A stretch of 62,748 nt of DNA from Legionellales bacterium (GCA_002707205.1 PAMH01000013.1:1-62748); one strand, 5' to 3'. Counted from the stretch's first letter, positions 1 to 10,482 are shown. The notes: generated by a model not told the origin, from the letters alone. Program-made: numbers and translations.

Positions 1-78
1 CCCTACACTAAAACATGGAACTAAAATAACCCATGTAATAAATATTTGAGCGTATTGTATGAGATAAGGAGCATAGTT

Positions 79-372
79 ATGTGGAACTTTATGTGTTTTC
101 GAAGAATGTTAACCCCCGTTTTAATTCAAATTATTTTTTGGTTTGTTGTTGCCTATTGCTTATTTGTTGGCATATATGATCTAGCAAGACACATGAATAT
201 CATGCTCGCACTTGAGATTTTAATTTTAGGTCCAATTGCAGCACGTATTATCTCTGAATTTTTAATCTTATTTTTTACAATGAATGAAACTCTAACAGAT
301 ATTAGAGATATTCAGAATGTTAAGCTTGAGCATATCTCCAAATCATCTCAACATAATAAGGAAGTTCTATGA
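79..372 (+). CDS. Small membrane protein, DUF4282-like
   Basis: ATG at 79 lies 7 nt after AAGGAG (66-71). There are two hydrophobic helices (VLIQIIFWFVVAYCLFVGI and LALEILILGPIAARIISEFLILFF). The ORF-track start at 46 has no RBS. Confidence 0.5.
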   Translation: MWNFMCFRRMLTPVLIQIIFWFVVAYCLFVGIYDLARHMNIMLALEILILGPIAARIISEFLILFFTMNETLTDIRDIQNVKLEHISKSSQHNKEVL

Positions 373-620
373 CAGGTATCGCAAACTATTTAATCGGCCC
401 TTTACAAAATGTACAAGTTGCCATCTTACTATTAACGGGTATTTTGCATATTATTTTTGCGGGTGCGGTGGCTAAGGATGCTGGTAGACTCAATAAAGAC
501 AAGATTCCAACCTGTCTTGTCTCTGGCGTCACATGGGCTTTTGCGACACTTGTTGGCGGTGTCTTCACCGCCGCTATCTACTGGTTTATACATCGCAGTA
601 GTTTTACCCGATTCAATTAA
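369..620 (+). CDS. Small hydrophobic membrane protein, family not recognised
   Basis: ATGA start/stop overlap with the upstream ORF at 369-372. The 83-aa product has 2-3 TM-like segments (VAILLLTGILHIIFAGAV and VTWAFATLVGGVFTAAIYWFI). Confidence 0.45.
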   Translation: MTGIANYLIGPLQNVQVAILLLTGILHIIFAGAVAKDAGRLNKDKIPTCLVSGVTWAFATLVGGVFTAAIYWFIHRSSFTRFN

Positions 621-668
621 CAATTGAACTTTACAATACTTTTTTTAAATTATGGAAAGGAGTCCATC

Positions 669-920
669 ATGAAATTAAAACACTGGTTAATTATATTACC
701 GGGAATGATTATATGTTCAACTATTTTTGCACAAAGCCCACCAACAAATTCAGACAAAATATTAATTACTGCATGCAATACACAAAAAATTCAAGCCTGT
801 ATGCAAAATTGCGTTAAACAAATAAACCCGCATACAGGTACTACGCAGACAGCAACCCCTCTTAATCAATGTGTGAATACTTGTAATACACAAGGATGTC
901 AGGTGGCTCAGAAAAAGTGA
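669..920 (+). CDS. Small secreted cysteine-rich protein
   Basis: ATG at 669 follows GGAAAGGAG. It has a signal peptide (MKLKHWLIILPGMIICSTIFA/QS). The mature part of about 60 aa has six Cys arranged C-x7-C-x3-C ... C-x3-C-x4-C. Confidence 0.5.
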   Translation: MKLKHWLIILPGMIICSTIFAQSPPTNSDKILITACNTQKIQACMQNCVKQINPHTGTTQTATPLNQCVNTCNTQGCQVAQKK

Positions 921-987
921 CTTGTGCAAAATACACAGTTGGCGTATACTTTCGGGTTCATTGATTCTATGATTTAAGGGGGCTCTG

Positions 988-2046
988 ATGGATAATTATC
1001 CAGAATTACAAACAAGCTTTGCCCCTGATTTCTCGCCAGTTGTTGATCCGGCTGGCGGATCTCCTGTTTCTATTACCTTAGTTAACTATTCACACGAATT
1101 TATTACTGAGCGCGTTGATTTAACACCAGAAGAGTGCCAAACCTACCTTACTGATGACACTTTTACGTGGGTTCATGTTCAGGGACAACCCAGTCCAAGA
1201 TTGCTTATGGAATTTGGCAAATTATTTGACCTGCACCCACTCGCACTAGAAGATGTTATCAATATCGGAGAACGTTCAAAGACAGAAACATTTGAAAATC
1301 AAATGGTTGTCATTCTTGGAATGCCAGTAAAACGCGGTACTCGAATTATCAGCGAACAAGTTACTTTTTTCTTAGGTGAGAATTACTTAATTAGCTTTCA
1401 CAATGGCGATGAAGATCCATTCAAAGCAGTCAAACGTCGATTGCATCATCCTAAAGCCGCACTACGCACCCGTGAACTTGACTATCTTCTTTATGTACTT
1501 GTAGATGTCATTATCGATCATGGCTTTCCAATTCTTGATGAGTTTGATGATGAGATTGAACAGGTTGAACAACAATTACTTGGTCCCGAAGGTGTTGATA
1601 CGTTTAAAGTGCTATATATTATTAAACGAGAATTGCTAGTGCTACGTTTAAAAATTCGACCGCAACGTGAAGCATTACGTGTACTTATGCGTGATGATAA
1701 TAATATGCTAAACGAAGAGACTAAAATTTATCTTCGTGACTGTTATGATCATGTCTCTCGTCTTATTGACATGATAGAAATTTATCGTGATATGACCAGT
1801 AATATGTTAGATGTGCATTTATCTTTAGTCAATAAAAATACATTTTTATCAAATGAAGTTCAGCGTAAAGCAACTGTTTGGGCAATGCTATTTGCACCTT
1901 TAACTTTCATTACAGGTATTTATGGGATGAACTTTGCCAATATTCCCGAATTACATTGGGCATATGGATTTATTATTGCTATTGCGGTGATGGCAGGAAT
2001 AGGTGTGCTTTTGGCAGTGATATTCAAACGTCGTAATTGGCTATAA
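988..2046 (+). CDS. corA: Magnesium/cobalt transporter CorA
   Basis: The GIYGMNFANIPE signature (YGMNF) sits between two C-terminal TM helices. The length of 352 aa is typical of CorA. Confidence 0.9.
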   Translation: MDNYPELQTSFAPDFSPVVDPAGGSPVSITLVNYSHEFITERVDLTPEECQTYLTDDTFTWVHVQGQPSPRLLMEFGKLFDLHPLALEDVINIGERSKTETFENQMVVILGMPVKRGTRIISEQVTFFLGENYLISFHNGDEDPFKAVKRRLHHPKAALRTRELDYLLYVLVDVIIDHGFPILDEFDDEIEQVEQQLLGPEGVDTFKVLYIIKRELLVLRLKIRPQREALRVLMRDDNNMLNEETKIYLRDCYDHVSRLIDMIEIYRDMTSNMLDVHLSLVNKNTFLSNEVQRKATVWAMLFAPLTFITGIYGMNFANIPELHWAYGFIIAIAVMAGIGVLLAVIFKRRNWL

Positions 2047-2080
2047 ATCACTTATGATTCTTTCATAATCGCATGTTTAT

Positions 2081-3040
2081 CTAACACTGCTTAATACTTC
2101 GACTAACGGTAATCCACGCACCGAGTAATCCTAATGCTATTCCCAGTAAACAAAAAGCGACAAAACTAGAAAAGCCAAATAAATGTAATTGAAAGTTTGT
2201 TGAAAAAGTATCTGCTAAATTATTAACAACACGCGACAAACTAACAGTGAAAACGCCAACGATAAACATTGCTAAAAGCGTACCAAACAAGCCATAAAAT
2301 ACACCCGTATACAAAAACGGACGGCGAATTAAGCTGTCGCTAGCGCCAATTAATTTTAAAACTTGGATTTCTTTTTGATAATGTTGTATCGCGTATTTAA
2401 TTGTATTACCAACAATAATCACTGTGCCAAAGCCTAAAATAATTGCAATTCCTAGCGTAACACTTTTAATGACAGATAAAATAGCAAATAAACGTTTAAT
2501 CCAATCCATATCAAGCTGTACATCGTCAACAGCAGGTAATTGCCGTAATTGCGCTGCCAAAATTTGTAGTTGTGCTGGCTGCTGATATGCAATGCTCGGG
2601 CTAATCTCTAATACTGCGGGTAAGGGGTTATGATTTAAACCCAATAACACTTGTTTAAAACCAACACTCTTTGCAAACTCACTCAATCCTTGTTCCGGTG
2701 AAATATAGCGAATTTTAATTATTTGTTCTTGAGCAGATAATTCATGCATTAAGTCTTGTATAGTTTGTTCCGATGTTCCTGGTTTCAAATAAACACTAAT
2801 TTTTGCTGATGCTGTTAAACCTTTTGTTGCATAATCAACATTATTAACTAAGACTAACAGTAAAATTGGTAACGCAAGCGTCATGGCAATTACTAAACTC
2901 GTAAATATTGTGCTGGATAAATGTTTCTTTAAGCGTCCTAACCCCATCAATATTGCAGTTCGATGACGTTTCAATAATAAACTCAATGTACTTTGATAAA
3001 GGGAGTGATTTCGTTTCATATTATTCCACTGTCGTTTCAT
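2081..3040 (-). CDS. ftsX: Cell division permease-like protein FtsX
   Basis: It lies downstream of ftsE. The product has four TM segments and a large periplasmic loop after TM1. An alternative ATG at 3019 lies just past the ftsE stop. Confidence 0.85.
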   Translation of the reverse strand: MKRQWNNMKRNHSLYQSTLSLLLKRHRTAILMGLGRLKKHLSSTIFTSLVIAMTLALPILLLVLVNNVDYATKGLTASAKISVYLKPGTSEQTIQDLMHELSAQEQIIKIRYISPEQGLSEFAKSVGFKQVLLGLNHNPLPAVLEISPSIAYQQPAQLQILAAQLRQLPAVDDVQLDMDWIKRLFAILSVIKSVTLGIAIILGFGTVIIVGNTIKYAIQHYQKEIQVLKLIGASDSLIRRPFLYTGVFYGLFGTLLAMFIVGVFTVSLSRVVNNLADTFSTNFQLHLFGFSSFVAFCLLGIALGLLGAWITVSRSIKQC

Positions 3041-3716
3041 AGTTCGTCTTAATTTTAACGCCCGTACTTACCATGCAGCCTTGATGTAAAGTTAATAAGC
3101 GATAATTTAATTGTGTAATTAAAGCGAGATCATGTGACGCAATCAAAACGCTGACGCCAACCTGATTAAATTGTTCAAATAAAGCCATTATCTCCGCAGA
3201 TAACTCAGGATCTAAATTACCTGTTGGTTCATCAGCAAGCAAAATCGCTGGTTTATTAACAACAGCACGCGCAATACCAACTCGTTGTTGTTCCCCACCT
3301 GATAATGATTGCGGATAAAATTTTTCCTTTTTTAGCAAACCAACTTTTGCTAATGCAGCTCTAACGCGCCGACCAATTTCTTGATGTCGATATCCTGCTA
3401 TCATTAATGGCATAGCGACATTTTCAAAAATAGTATAGTCATCTAGTAAATACGGGTTCTGGAAAATAATGCCCATTTGCCGACGTACTAGTGGTACTTT
3501 TCTATTAGATAACTTCGCTATGTTATGCCCATTTAGTAAAATTTTACCATTCGTTGGACGATCAATTAATGCAATTAATTTTAATAAAGTACTCTTCCCT
3601 GCGCCGGAGTGCCCAGTCAAAAAAGCCATTTCTCCTTTCTTCAAAGAAAAATTAACGTGTTTTAATGCATCATAGCCATTTTCATAACGCTTGCTGATGT
3701 TTTCAAACTCAATCAT
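3021..3716 (-). CDS. ftsE: Cell division ATP-binding protein FtsE
   Basis: Walker [13 protein letters not shown] signature LSGGEQQRV and Walker B ILLADEP are present. The start [11 protein letters not shown] at 3716 follows GGAGGG. The ORF-track start at 3740 overlaps the ftsY stop. Confidence 0.9.
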   Translation of the reverse strand: MIEFENISKRYENGYDALKHVNFSLKKGEMAFLTGHSGAGKSTLLKLIALIDRPTNGKILLNGHNIAKLSNRKVPLVRRQMGIIFQNPYLLDDYTIFENVAMPLMIAGYRHQEIGRRVRAALAKVGLLKKEKFYPQSLSGGEQQRVGIARAVVNKPAILLADEPTGNLDPELSAEIMALFEQFNQVGVSVLIASHDLALITQLNYRLLTLHQGCMVSTGVKIKTNYETTVE

Positions 3717-3739
3717 TCGTTTCCCTCCGTCTGATATCA

Positions 3740-4765
3740 TTACTCCGCGAACAGTGCGTCAACAAAAGCTGTTGCCTCAAAATTTCTTAAATCTTCAATA
3801 CCTTCCCCAATACCTATGTAACGAATAGGGATACCTAAAGTATCAGCAATTGAAAAAATAATACCACCTTTTGCTGTGCCATCTAACTTAGTTAACGCAA
3901 TGCCTGTGACGTTGACAGCTTGCATAAATGTTTTAGCCTGCACTAGTGCATTTTGGCCAATGCTTGCATCTAATACCAATAATGTTTCATGTGGTGCAGT
4001 TACTTCTTGTTTTTGAATGACACGTCGCACTTTTTTAAGTTCATCCATAAGATGGTGTTGTGTGTGTAAACGACCCGCTGTATCTGCTAACAATATATCA
4101 CATTTCTTTGCTTGCGCAGATTGTAATGCATCAAAAATCACTGACGCACTATCTGAGCCTGCTTTTTGGCATATAACTGTAACATCATTACGCTCACCCC
4201 AAACCTGTAATTGCTCAATTGCTGCAGCACGAAACGTATCGCCAGCAGCTAACATTACTTTTTTACCTATCGCTTGAAACTGTTTTGCCAACTTACCAAT
4301 AGTTGTTGTTTTGCCTGCGCCATTAATACCGACCACAAGTATTACAAATGGTTGTTGTCCTGTTGAAAGCTCTAATGATTTTTCAACAGGTTTTAAAATT
4401 TCTTCTAATACTGATTTCAATTCATCAATTAATACGGCTGGATCAGCTATCTGTTTACGATCAACACGCGCAGTTAATTGTTGAATAATTTTATTCGTTG
4501 TTTCAACGCCAACATCTGCCATTAGTAATCGTGTTTCTATCTCTTCTAGTAATGCTGCATCAATTTGTTTTTTGCCTAAAATTAAATTACCTAAACCTGA
4601 TGTTAGGCCACTACGCGTTTTACTTAACCCTTGCTTTAATCGCGAAAATAGTCCTTGTTTTTTGGGCATTTCAGAGACTTCAGTCATTGACGCATCATTC
4701 ACTACCTCAGCAACTTGTTCTGATACTTGTGGCTTTTCTTTATCTTTTTTAAATATGTTAAACAT
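3740..4765 (-). CDS. ftsY: Signal recognition particle receptor FtsY
   Basis: NG-domain motifs GINGAGKTTTIGKLA, DTAGR and TKLDGTAKGG are present, with an acidic N-terminal region. It forms ftsY-ftsE-ftsX synteny. Confidence 0.92.
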   Translation of the reverse strand: MFNIFKKDKEKPQVSEQVAEVVNDASMTEVSEMPKKQGLFSRLKQGLSKTRSGLTSGLGNLILGKKQIDAALLEEIETRLLMADVGVETTNKIIQQLTARVDRKQIADPAVLIDELKSVLEEILKPVEKSLELSTGQQPFVILVVGINGAGKTTTIGKLAKQFQAIGKKVMLAAGDTFRAAAIEQLQVWGERNDVTVICQKAGSDSASVIFDALQSAQAKKCDILLADTAGRLHTQHHLMDELKKVRRVIQKQEVTAPHETLLVLDASIGQNALVQAKTFMQAVNVTGIALTKLDGTAKGGIIFSIADTLGIPIRYIGIGEGIEDLRNFEATAFVDALFAE

Positions 4766-4927
4766 TATTTTTACCTAAAATATGAATTTTCTGTACCCAA
4801 TACACTTAAAAATAATTTGTTATAACTTCGCATTTCGAGGTAGTTTGGGTATATACTTAACAACAACTTATCATATGTCTAACATGATACAAAATTTAAA
4901 CAAGATTGAATAGCTTTAGGTGAATTT

Positions 4928-6337
4928 ATGCGAATATTATCTTCTATCTTATTTTTCTGTGTTTTAATATTCACCACAATTAACATATTCGCAGCTAATC
5001 CTCCCCCAGTAAAAAAAGCAATCTATGAATATCAACTCAATAATGGATTGCAACTTATTGTAAAACCAGATACCAGAGCACCTGTTGTTTTATCTGAAAT
5101 TTGGTATCGAGTAGGTTCAAGTTACGAACATGCCGGCATTACTGGTATCTCACATTTTCTTGAGCATATGATGTTTAAAGGTACGACCAAATATCCAGCA
5201 GATACTTTCATTAAACTCATTGCAGATAACGGTGGACAACAAAATGCCATGACAACTCAAGATTTTACGGTATATTATCAAGAACTTTCGAATGATAAAT
5301 TACCATTAGCTTTCAAACTCGAAGCTGATCGCATGCAGCATCTAGTATTATCTCAAAAAGATTTCACGAGCGAATTAGAAGTTGTTCAAGAAGAACGAAA
5401 AATGCGTGTTGATAATGACCCAATCATGCTGACTTATGAACGTTATAATGCCGCTGCTTTTCTGAATAATCCATACAGAAACCCCGTCGCAGGCTGGGCA
5501 AGTGATTTACAACAATTTACACTTGATGATCTCAAACAATGGTATAGCACATGGTATGTGCCCAATAATGCAACGATTGTTGTAATTGGCGATGTGCAGC
5601 CCGAAGCTGTTTATAAATTAGCACAAGAAAATTTTGGCGCAATCAAACCTAAGCCTTTACCTGAAATTAAAAAATATCCGTTAACAAATGCAATCGGTCA
5701 AAAAACTGTTTTCGTTAAAGCCCCTGCAAAATTACCCATGCTTTATCTTGGCTTTAATGTACCAAGTGCTGTAACGGCACACGAAAGTTATGAACCTTAT
5801 GCATTGGATGTGCTTGCCACTGTCTTAGGTGGCACAAATAGTTCTCGCTTACAAAAAGACTTAGTAAGAGACAAGCGCATGGCTGGCGATATTGCTGTTT
5901 ATTATTCAATCTATGCAAGACTTCCTACTTTATTTCAAGTTGCTGCTATACCCGCTGAAGGGATAGATACTCAACGGTTACAAGCTGAAATTATGAACGA
6001 AATTATACAATTACAAGACAAACCCATTTCTGAAAATGAGCTAAAACGTATTAAAACTCAAGTTATCGCCAATCGGATTTATGCACGAGATTCTATAGAT
6101 TCACAAGGTATGATTATTGGAACACTTGCTAGCGTTGGATTAGCGTACACTGAAATTGACAATTACCAACAACAAATAGAAAAAATTACACCCACTCAAA
6201 TACAAGCTGTCGCAAAAAAATACTTAAATGCCGAAAATTTAACTGTTGGTATATTACTACCTCAAACAATTACAGCGCCTTTAAAAAAGACACAAGCAGA
6301 AACAACTCCAGCATTGAGGAATACAAATGTTCAATAA
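4928..6337 (+). CDS. M16 family zinc peptidase (catalytic-type subunit)
   Basis: It has an N-terminal signal peptide and the inverted zinc motif HFLEHMMFKG (HxxEH), with a downstream glutamate in the EVVQEERKMR region. Confidence 0.85.
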   Translation: MRILSSILFFCVLIFTTINIFAANPPPVKKAIYEYQLNNGLQLIVKPDTRAPVVLSEIWYRVGSSYEHAGITGISHFLEHMMFKGTTKYPADTFIKLIADNGGQQNAMTTQDFTVYYQELSNDKLPLAFKLEADRMQHLVLSQKDFTSELEVVQEERKMRVDNDPIMLTYERYNAAAFLNNPYRNPVAGWASDLQQFTLDDLKQWYSTWYVPNNATIVVIGDVQPEAVYKLAQENFGAIKPKPLPEIKKYPLTNAIGQKTVFVKAPAKLPMLYLGFNVPSAVTAHESYEPYALDVLATVLGGTNSSRLQKDLVRDKRMAGDIAVYYSIYARLPTLFQVAAIPAEGIDTQRLQAEIMNEIIQLQDKPISENELKRIKTQVIANRIYARDSIDSQGMIIGTLASVGLAYTEIDNYQQQIEKITPTQIQAVAKKYLNAENLTVGILLPQTITAPLKKTQAETTPALRNTNVQ

Positions 6338-7679
6338 ACCACGATGCCTGTTATTGGGCTTAATAACAATCATAGGATTGCAAACAACTGTTCAAGCTGC
6401 ACCGACTGAAAAAGTATTAACGATTGATAAATGGAAAACCCATAACAATGCCTCAGTTTATTATGTCAATTTACCTCAGTTACCCATCGTAGATATCAAT
6501 GTTATTTTTAATGCAGGCTCTGCACAAGATGGCACGCAATATGGGTTAGCCAATTTAACAGGTGATATGATTGGTGAAAGTGCAAAAAATTTATCTGCCG
6601 ATGAAATCGCTGAAAAATTTGATGATGTTGCTGCTGTGGTTGACACTGATATTTCGAGAAACAATACAATAATACATCTGAGAAGTTTAACAGATAAAAA
6701 TTTACTTACGCCTGCATTAGAGACTTTCACAACGATTATCAATCAACCAAACTTTAACAGTGCAAGCTTTAATCGCGTGCAACAACAAACCTTACAAGCG
6801 ATTTTACAACAAGAACAATCTCCAAGTGATATTGCCGATAAAGCCTTATTTAAAGCAATTTATCAAAATTATCCCTACGGCTATCCTCGTATAGGAGAAA
6901 CAACAACTGTTACAAAACTACAGCCTAAAGATTTATCAAATTTTTACCAACGCTATTATGTGGGTAGTAATGCAAAAATTATTATTGTAGGTGATATAAC
7001 AAAACAGCGGGCAAAGGCAATTGCCAACCAAATCGTAGGTAATTTACCTGATGGTCAACCGACAATACCGTTAGAGAAACCTAAAAAAAATACCACAGCA
7101 ATAACAAAACATATTAATTATCCAGCTTCACAAACATTTATCCGACTTGGAGAATTAGGTATTAATCGACACGATGATGACTATTTTCCACTGTATGTGG
7201 GTAATTATATTTTTGGTGGTGGCGTTTTAGTCTCTCGTTTATTTAAAGAAGTGAGAGAATCTAGAGGATTGACTTACAGCGTATATAGTTTATTTCTGCC
7301 TTATCAACAACCAGGCCCTTTCATGATAACTTTACAAGCAAGAAATAATGTCGCTGATGAAGCAATTGATGTCATCAAAAAACAACTGGTTTTATTCCTG
7401 AGTAACGGACCTAACGCTTCTGAACTTAATGCTGCAAAACAAAATATTATTGGTAGTTTTCCCCTTAAGTTAGATAGTAATAGCGCGATTCTTTCCCAAG
7501 TCAGTAATATTGCAGTTTATAATTTACCACTTGATTATTTAGATACTTATAGGGAAAAAGTAGAACAAGTAACACGTAATGATGTTCAACGCGCATTCAA
7601 TAAACATATTAAAATGAAAAACTTATTAACCATTACTGTTGGCCCAGAATCAACAGGTAGTCAAACAAATGAACAATAA
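6327..7679 (+). CDS. M16 family peptidase, non-catalytic-type partner
   Basis: It overlaps the upstream M16 gene by 11 nt. It has a signal peptide and M16 fold similarity, but the HxxEH position reads GLANLTGDM. Confidence 0.8.
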   Translation: MFNKPRCLLLGLITIIGLQTTVQAAPTEKVLTIDKWKTHNNASVYYVNLPQLPIVDINVIFNAGSAQDGTQYGLANLTGDMIGESAKNLSADEIAEKFDDVAAVVDTDISRNNTIIHLRSLTDKNLLTPALETFTTIINQPNFNSASFNRVQQQTLQAILQQEQSPSDIADKALFKAIYQNYPYGYPRIGETTTVTKLQPKDLSNFYQRYYVGSNAKIIIVGDITKQRAKAIANQIVGNLPDGQPTIPLEKPKKNTTAITKHINYPASQTFIRLGELGINRHDDDYFPLYVGNYIFGGGVLVSRLFKEVRESRGLTYSVYSLFLPYQQPGPFMITLQARNNVADEAIDVIKKQLVLFLSNGPNASELNAAKQNIIGSFPLKLDSNSAILSQVSNIAVYNLPLDYLDTYREKVEQVTRNDVQRAFNKHIKMKNLLTITVGPESTGSQTNEQ

Positions 7680-8226
7680 TCAAGTAAGCATTATTGGTGG
7701 CCTGTGGCGCGGACAGAAAATAAGTTTTTCTGATTTTCCAGGCTTAAGACCAACTCCCAACCGGGTTAAAGAAACATTATTCAATTGGCTAAGTGCTGAT
7801 ATCATAGATGCAATTTGCTTAGATTTATTTGCTGGTAGTGGTGCTTTAGGTTTTGAGGCACTGTCACGTGGCGCAAAACAAGTGACTTTTATTGATGATA
7901 ATTATTTAGCAATCCAAGCTATTAGAAAAAATGCAAAACGTCTCAATGTCACAAATGCGCACTTCATGCATGGTAAAATTCCAAAATTAACTTTAGATAT
8001 AAATTGTGCCTATGACATTATTTTTATCGATCCCCCTTTTAAGCATCAACTTGTTAATCCAAGTATTGCTTGGTTAGAACAACATCATTATTTAAAAATT
8101 AATGCATTAATCTATATCGAGCAGGCAATTGATGATGAGCCAATTTTAGTACCATCTAATTGGCAAGTATTACGTGAAAAACAAGCTGGTATGGTTAGCT
8201 ATACTTTATTTCAAAAATTATCATGA
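7669..8226 (+). CDS. rsmD: 16S rRNA (guanine966-N2)-methyltransferase RsmD
   Basis: IIGGLWRGQKISF, RPTPNRVKETLFNWL, the SAM motif LDLFAGSGALGFEALSRGA and DPPF are present. The start is uncertain (7639 or 7669). Confidence 0.8.
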   Translation: MNNNQVSIIGGLWRGQKISFSDFPGLRPTPNRVKETLFNWLSADIIDAICLDLFAGSGALGFEALSRGAKQVTFIDDNYLAIQAIRKNAKRLNVTNAHFMHGKIPKLTLDINCAYDIIFIDPPFKHQLVNPSIAWLEQHHYLKINALIYIEQAIDDEPILVPSNWQVLREKQAGMVSYTLFQKLS

Positions 8227-8236
8227 GGACGGCTTT

Positions 8237-8890
8237 ATGGCTAATGAAAGCTTAAAACAACAAGTTGCAACTGCGGCATTAAAATATATCAAAGATGATA
8301 TGACCATTGGTATTGGCACTGGTACAACCGTACATTATTTTATTGAAGGATTAAAAAATTATCGTCATCGTATTGATGCAGTCGTTGCAAGCTCCATTGA
8401 TACTCAGAATAAATTAAAAAATGTAGGAATTCCTGTGGTCGAAATGACTAGCGTTAATCAAATTGATCTTTATGTTGATGGCGCTGATGAAGTTAATCCA
8501 CATAAACAACTGATTAAAGGCGGCGGTGGCGCGCTAACACGCGAAAAAATTATTGCCTACAATAGTAAGCAATTTATTTGTATTGTTGATGAAACAAAAT
8601 GTGTTGATATTTTAGGACAATTTCCTTTACCTATTGAAGTTATTCCCATGGCACGTAGCATAGTCGCACGCGCACTCGTACAACTTGGCGGAAATCCTGT
8701 TTATAGGGAAAACTTTATCACTGATAATCAAAATATTATCCTAGATGTTAATGGTTTAGATATTATGCAACCTATCGCACTCGAAGGCGAACTTAATCAA
8801 ATTCCTGGTGTTGTTAGCAATGGACTTTTTGCCCAAAAAACCCCGCAAACAGTTTTGGTAGCAAAAAATAATGGCATTACAGAAGTTTAA
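8237..8890 (+). CDS. rpiA: Ribose-5-phosphate isomerase A
   Basis: GIGTGTTVHYFI, DLYVDGADEV and KGGGGALTREKI motifs are present. ATG at 8237 follows GAGGA. The ORF-track N-terminal extension overlaps rsmD. Confidence 0.9.
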   Translation: MANESLKQQVATAALKYIKDDMTIGIGTGTTVHYFIEGLKNYRHRIDAVVASSIDTQNKLKNVGIPVVEMTSVNQIDLYVDGADEVNPHKQLIKGGGGALTREKIIAYNSKQFICIVDETKCVDILGQFPLPIEVIPMARSIVARALVQLGGNPVYRENFITDNQNIILDVNGLDIMQPIALEGELNQIPGVVSNGLFAQKTPQTVLVAKNNGITEV

Positions 8891-8900
8891 TTAGCGCATT

Positions 8901-9182
8901 TTATCTTAACCTTCGAATATCTTTTTGAGCAACAGACACCTGCTGCTTTAGGCCTGCCGAATGTGATTTAAGCAAAATCATTTCCAAAATGTAACTTAAC
9001 TGTTCATTTGGTTGAGCGCACTCTAAATAGCTAAGACACCAGTCAAATGCTTGACTATAATTCCCAATACAACAATACATCTGAGCCATATCAAGAAATG
9101 TATTTTCAAATTCCACATGACGTTTTTGTGACAAGAGGTTTTTTTTTCTGTGTCTATCTGCTAACAAGTTACTCATAACCAC
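8901..9182 (-). CDS. Hypothetical protein, possibly a single TPR-like helical hairpin
   Basis: This is a 93-aa ORF with a helical segment (AQMYCCIGNYSQAFDWCLSYLECAQP). No family was recognised. Confidence 0.35.
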   Translation of the reverse strand: MVMSNLLADRHRKKNLLSQKRHVEFENTFLDMAQMYCCIGNYSQAFDWCLSYLECAQPNEQLSYILEMILLKSHSAGLKQQVSVAQKDIRRLR

Positions 9183-9265
9183 ACCCTCAGGTTATTGTCT
9201 CAGCGATTTACATGCTAAAATTTATTTCTAATGACTACTTTTCATCTGTATCTGAAAGTAGACGC

Positions 9266-9282
9266 CCTTGATATTATCAAGG
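9266..9282. promoter_or_regulatory. Perfect 17-bp palindrome CCTTGATA-T-TATCAAGG in a divergent promoter region (candidate operator)
   Basis: Read directly from the sequence. It lies between the minus-strand ORF start at 9182 and the LysM gene start at 9397. Confidence 0.25.
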
Positions 9283-9396
9283 ATAATAATTACTTATGCA
9301 TATAAAAATATTTTTTTAGTTCTATATTATTAACATAATATATTGTTGCTATTTTAGCTAGGACTGTTTACAAAAATTTACATAAAGGATGTGGCC

Positions 9397-10437
9397 ATGC
9401 GATTTCTTCTATTTATATTTAGTTTAGGTTTTCTTCACTGTGCAATCGCAAATACAAATTTAAATATAAAAAATGATGCGCCTATGACTTACACAGTGCA
9501 ACCTGGTGATACGTTAATGGGCATTGCACAAATGTATTTAGATAATCCCATGCAATGGCGGCAACTACTACGCGCCAATCCACAAATTAAAAATCCTTAC
9601 CAACTTTATCCTGGGCAAGTATTGAATTTAACCTTAGTTGATGGACAAGAAAAACTAACGATTTCAAATGGCGGAACGATTAAACTATCACCTCGCATTC
9701 GCTCTAAAGCCATTAACAATCCCGTTCCTATTATCCCACTGAGTGTGATTAAACCATTCTTAACAGGCACACGTGTTGTAGCACGAGATGAATTAAAATA
9801 TGCACCCTATATCGTTGCAACAGCAGATGAACATATTGCCGTTGGCGCAGGAGATCGTATTTATGCCTTAGGGATTAGTAGCCATAGCTCTAATCAAGAG
9901 TTTGCGATTTATCGTATGGGCGAAGCCTACAAGAATCCACTGTCTCAACAAATTTTAGGTTATGAAGCTGAACATGTTGGTGATGCAAAAGTCGTTACCG
10001 CAGGCCAACCTGCGACATTGCTGGTAACCAGCGCCAATAGAGAAGTATTAGCAAAAGATCGACTACTACCCGCAACTAGTGCGCATGTAAATACAGATTT
10101 CATCCTGTCAAAACCTCTACATCATGTTACTGGTAATATTGTCGCAGTATTAAATGGCGTGACACAAATAGGACAGTATCAAACGGTTGTTATAGATATG
10201 GGTAAGCAATCTAACTTAAAACCAGGTAATGTACTTGCTATTTATCGTCAAGGTCAGAAAATTGAAAACCCTATTAAACCGTTAACAGGTTATCAAGCAG
10301 AAGTGCAGCTCCCTAACGAATGGGCAGGTGATTTAATGGTTTTTCGTGTATTTGAGAATGTCAGTTATGGTGTTGTATTACACGCTACTCGCGCCTTACA
10401 TGTCAATGATATTGTAACAAACCCCAATATTATTTAA
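9397..10437 (+). CDS. LysM domain peptidoglycan-binding protein, TsaP-like
   Basis: It has a signal peptide and a LysM motif (YTVQPGDTLMGIAQMYL...WRQLLRANPQIKNPYQLYPGQVLNL). Its position next to dprA matches the TsaP/PA0020-type synteny recalled from Pseudomonas. Confidence 0.7.
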   Translation: MRFLLFIFSLGFLHCAIANTNLNIKNDAPMTYTVQPGDTLMGIAQMYLDNPMQWRQLLRANPQIKNPYQLYPGQVLNLTLVDGQEKLTISNGGTIKLSPRIRSKAINNPVPIIPLSVIKPFLTGTRVVARDELKYAPYIVATADEHIAVGAGDRIYALGISSHSSNQEFAIYRMGEAYKNPLSQQILGYEAEHVGDAKVVTAGQPATLLVTSANREVLAKDRLLPATSAHVNTDFILSKPLHHVTGNIVAVLNGVTQIGQYQTVVIDMGKQSNLKPGNVLAIYRQGQKIENPIKPLTGYQAEVQLPNEWAGDLMVFRVFENVSYGVVLHATRALHVNDIVTNPNII

Positions 10438-10482
10438 ATGACTAGGAGTCATGAAGATAAAGACATAAGCTATTTTGTGTTA

